From assembly GCA_950097015.1 (NCBI GenBank), contig CATNEN010000003.1, positions 5,766,001 to 5,830,000 of the forward strand: a stretch of DNA of 64,000 nt. The letters run 5' to 3'. The DNA is from Macrostomum hystrix. Taxonomy: Eukaryota > Animalia > Platyhelminthes. Under the pieces are notes generated by a model. It did no database searches. It saw only the letters and a list, made by a program, of their open reading frames with translations, and was not told the DNA's origin. The stretch's first letter is position 1. Each line of letters starts with the position of its first letter. Below are positions 61,100-64,000 of this stretch, piece after piece. A program made the translations under genes and the position numbers.

Positions 61100-63849
61100 A
61101 TGGCTGTGGCTGTGACAACTGCAGCCATTCTGTGCATCCTTGCCGGCCAAGCAACAGCGCTGAACTTCAGGATCGGCGTGGTCACGGAGGACGGGCAGAT
61201 GAGCGAGTCGCTGATGGAGAAGGCGTTCGCCAGACGCGTGAACTCCAACTGGAGAGTGCTGCAGGGTCACACACTCTCATATGTGCATGTGAATGTGAGC
61301 TGGTGCAGTTCACAGCAGGCTGTCAGGACTGGTGAGTTGGCTGCTGCTGGCATTCGCCATTTGCTGTGCGCTGCCTGTGAAATGCTGAGCACAGTGCTGA
61401 TTGTGAAAGTGTGTCTCGCTCCGCAGTGTGCTCGGAGAGCGGCCTGTCAGCTCTGATTGGTGTCGGCAGCTGCTCTCTGCTCGATCAGGTGGGCTCACTC
61501 AGCAAGTCTCTGCAGCTGCCGCTCATCGCCCTGCCCACCGGCTTGTGCGACCCGGCGTTTCTTATCAAAGGTCTGTTTTGCTGTTGTAAATGTTCAATAA
61601 TGATATAGTCACTTTAATAAGCCGTGACATGCATTGTAATGCCATGCATTGCAGACTTCACAGTTGTCGGGAGCCACAGCTCAGAAGAACTCGTTGCTGC
61701 GGCAACACCGGTGATCACATTTGAATCCTTAGTCAACGATGTAGCCATTTTTTATGATGGCAAACAGAGTAAGCCTTATTGAGTATCATCTATGGAGTAC
61801 AGAACTTACTAAAATGAACATTATAACGTGAGAAAGTCTAACGCGGGAAAAGTCACGTCATATATCTGAGGAACTCTAAATAGGCAATCATTTGAATTTG
61901 TTTTTAGGCAGCACCGTGGTGCAGAGCCTGCAGAGCGGCCTCACCGCTGCCGGAGTGAGCAGTCTCACATTCCAAGTGGACAACAATGCCAACGCCTCTG
62001 TCACTCCGAGCCTGGTGCAGCACCTCAAGCGTCTGGTGAAGAAGAGACTGTTCAAGCTGCTGCTGCTGGCCAGTCCTCGCAATGCGCTCTCAGTCCTGAG
62101 GCTGGCCAGAGAAGCTGCAGTCATGCAGCAGAACTACTTCTGGCTCATTCTCGACACTGGACTGTCCAAGGCGGATGTGCTCAGCGTGACGCCAGCGAAC
62201 GCGAACGTTGCTCTGCTGAGAGGCAGCGTGTTCACTCACTGCACAGCAGCAGTGATGGATGTGTTTCCTCAGTGCCAGCTGGACTCAATTCGGGTGAGAC
62301 TGTCACACTGCAGTGCTGCCTTGCTCACGTCTGTCATCAGCGTGAGTGAGTGACTCAAGCATCGCAGCTCAATCACCGCAACCCCACACTGACCGCTCCG
62401 CACCACATTGAGCAGAGTCTGGACGCTCGATTCGTGGATGCGGTGGAAGCCGTGGCCAAGGCGCTGAACGACTCGCTGATGCATCCGGGATTCTCTCCGA
62501 GCAACGCCTCCTGCTTTCCGCTGCAGCACTGGACATTGGGATCGACTGTGCTCAGCAAACTGCTCAGCGTGAGCTGCTCACATTTAGACATGATGTCAGA
62601 GTCCAGTGAGTAGCTGCACTCACTCACTCACTCACCTGCCATGCACCCACTCGATGCTGCAGATGAGCAACTATGACACTCAGCGTGGCCTCATCTCGTA
62701 CAACAGCTCAAGCAGACACTTGAGCTCACAGGGTGTCGAAGTGGTCGCGTCCTACAATGAGCTGCGATGGTCTCCGATCTCGATGCTGAAGTCCGCTGAG
62801 TTCGATGTGTCGAGCGGCTCTCTGAGCAAGCAGTTTCGCTACAAGGGAGTGAGCCTGGCCTTTCCCAACACCTTCATGGGCTTCAAGAACCAGACTATTG
62901 TCATTTGCGCTCCAGAGGTATTCTTATACTTATTTGCTCTGTCTGAACTTTAGTTCATAAAATTGTTAATTCCTGCTCAATATACTGCAGAGTCCACCAA
63001 TGACGAACTACGTGCAGAAGTTCGCCAACAGCACAGTAGTCATAAACGGAATGACTCTTGATCTACTGAACATTTTGGCTGCGAAGCTAGACTTCCAGTA
63101 TGCTCTTTAGATTTTATTCCAGTTCGGGTTATAGAGTCAAAATCATTCACAGGTAAAGCTTCCTTTCCGGTATTGCATCTTCAATAGGTACTACACCAAG
63201 GACTCGGACGACGGCAACTGGGGCGCTCCAGTTCCCGGTCAGCCGTACTTTAACGGATGCGTTGGAGAGCTTCAGAAAGGGGTGAGCCTTCTTGCCTTGC
63301 TGGATTCAACGAATTATGCTTCGAGGTTCAAGCAAGGTCATCCGTGACACAGACGTGAAGGGCTCTAGGACACTAAACTTATGCAATATTGATTGTTTCG
63401 CTTATTGTACAATTCAATGCCCCATTTTCAGTTAGTGACCATCGCAGCAGGACCGTTCACTCAGAGCACCCTGAGGGACTCTGTCATCGACTTCTCTGCT
63501 CCGCTATTTCAAGAGTCGAACGGCATGCTGCTCCCCAGACCTCCTCCCGCCTCCAAGCTGTGGAATGTGTACACACCTTTTAATTATGACGTGTGGATTG
63601 CCGTGATTGGTTTCCTGTTTGTCAGCTCGTTTTTCACCTGGATATTGGCATACTTCTCACCTTTCACTGCCTACAATTTGCAAGAAGATTACGCTATCGC
63701 TGATGAGGTGTGGCTCCAGGAGTACATCTGGAGCATTGTGGGCAGCTTCCTGCAGCAGGGCCAGGATTTCTATCCTTTCGCCATGTCGCCGAGAACCGTG
63801 CTAGCATTCTGGTGGATGTTTACAGTCATCATCTATGGAGCTTATACAG
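61100..63849 (+). CDS. Ionotropic glutamate receptor (non-NMDA type), 5' part; continues beyond the window
   Basis: Signal peptide 'MAVAVTTAAILCILAGQATA', ATD exons, S1 'DGNWG...GCVGELQKG' and 'GPFTQSTLRDSVIDFSAP', M1 'PFNYDVWIAVIG', pore loop 'WSIVGSFLQQG', M3 'WWMFTVIIYGAYT'. Multiple GT-AG introns. Confidence 0.92.
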
Positions 63850-64000
63850 GTGAGTTGTACAGTAGTTGCTGAGTTCATTTAGCTTATTCCATGGATGACA
63901 GTCTATGCACAGTGATAGTGTTAACTACCTGATGCTGGCTGAGAAAATTAGGACAAGTGTGCAACTCCAGATATAAAATGTCTATACTAGTCTCGTAGGA

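Overview
Eukaryotic (metazoan) genomic DNA with spliceosomal introns and very dense intronic minisatellites. The style resembles a repeat-rich flatworm such as Macrostomum, which is an inference only. Host genes: a two-exon class A GPCR (+, 1031-2573); a large multi-exon transmembrane adenylyl-cyclase homologue (-, 24277-3965) that appears to have lost key catalytic residues and has a ~1000-aa low-complexity tail; a Rab34/Rab36 GTPase (+, 27872-31513, with a GC-AG intron); and the 5' part of an ionotropic glutamate receptor (+, from 61100). The most striking structure is a ~26-kb block (~34034-60394) between the Rab and iGluR genes. It has two multi-kb inverted arms built from a 23-bp satellite plus TGACACC/GGATATA-motif modules and bounded by imperfect 24-bp inverted termini. 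These arms flank one intact four-exon gene encoding a ~1298-aa protein: 2x C2H2 zinc finger, tyrosine recombinase (R-K-R-H-Y motifs), Lys/Ala-rich repeats and a PWWP domain. This looks like a candidate, possibly undescribed, giant tyrosine-recombinase mobile element with a chromatin-reader domain. Small mobile elements (a hAT MITE with 8-bp TSD, a CORE-like SINE and a dispersed ~300-450 bp repeat) are also present. All exon boundaries were derived by eye.
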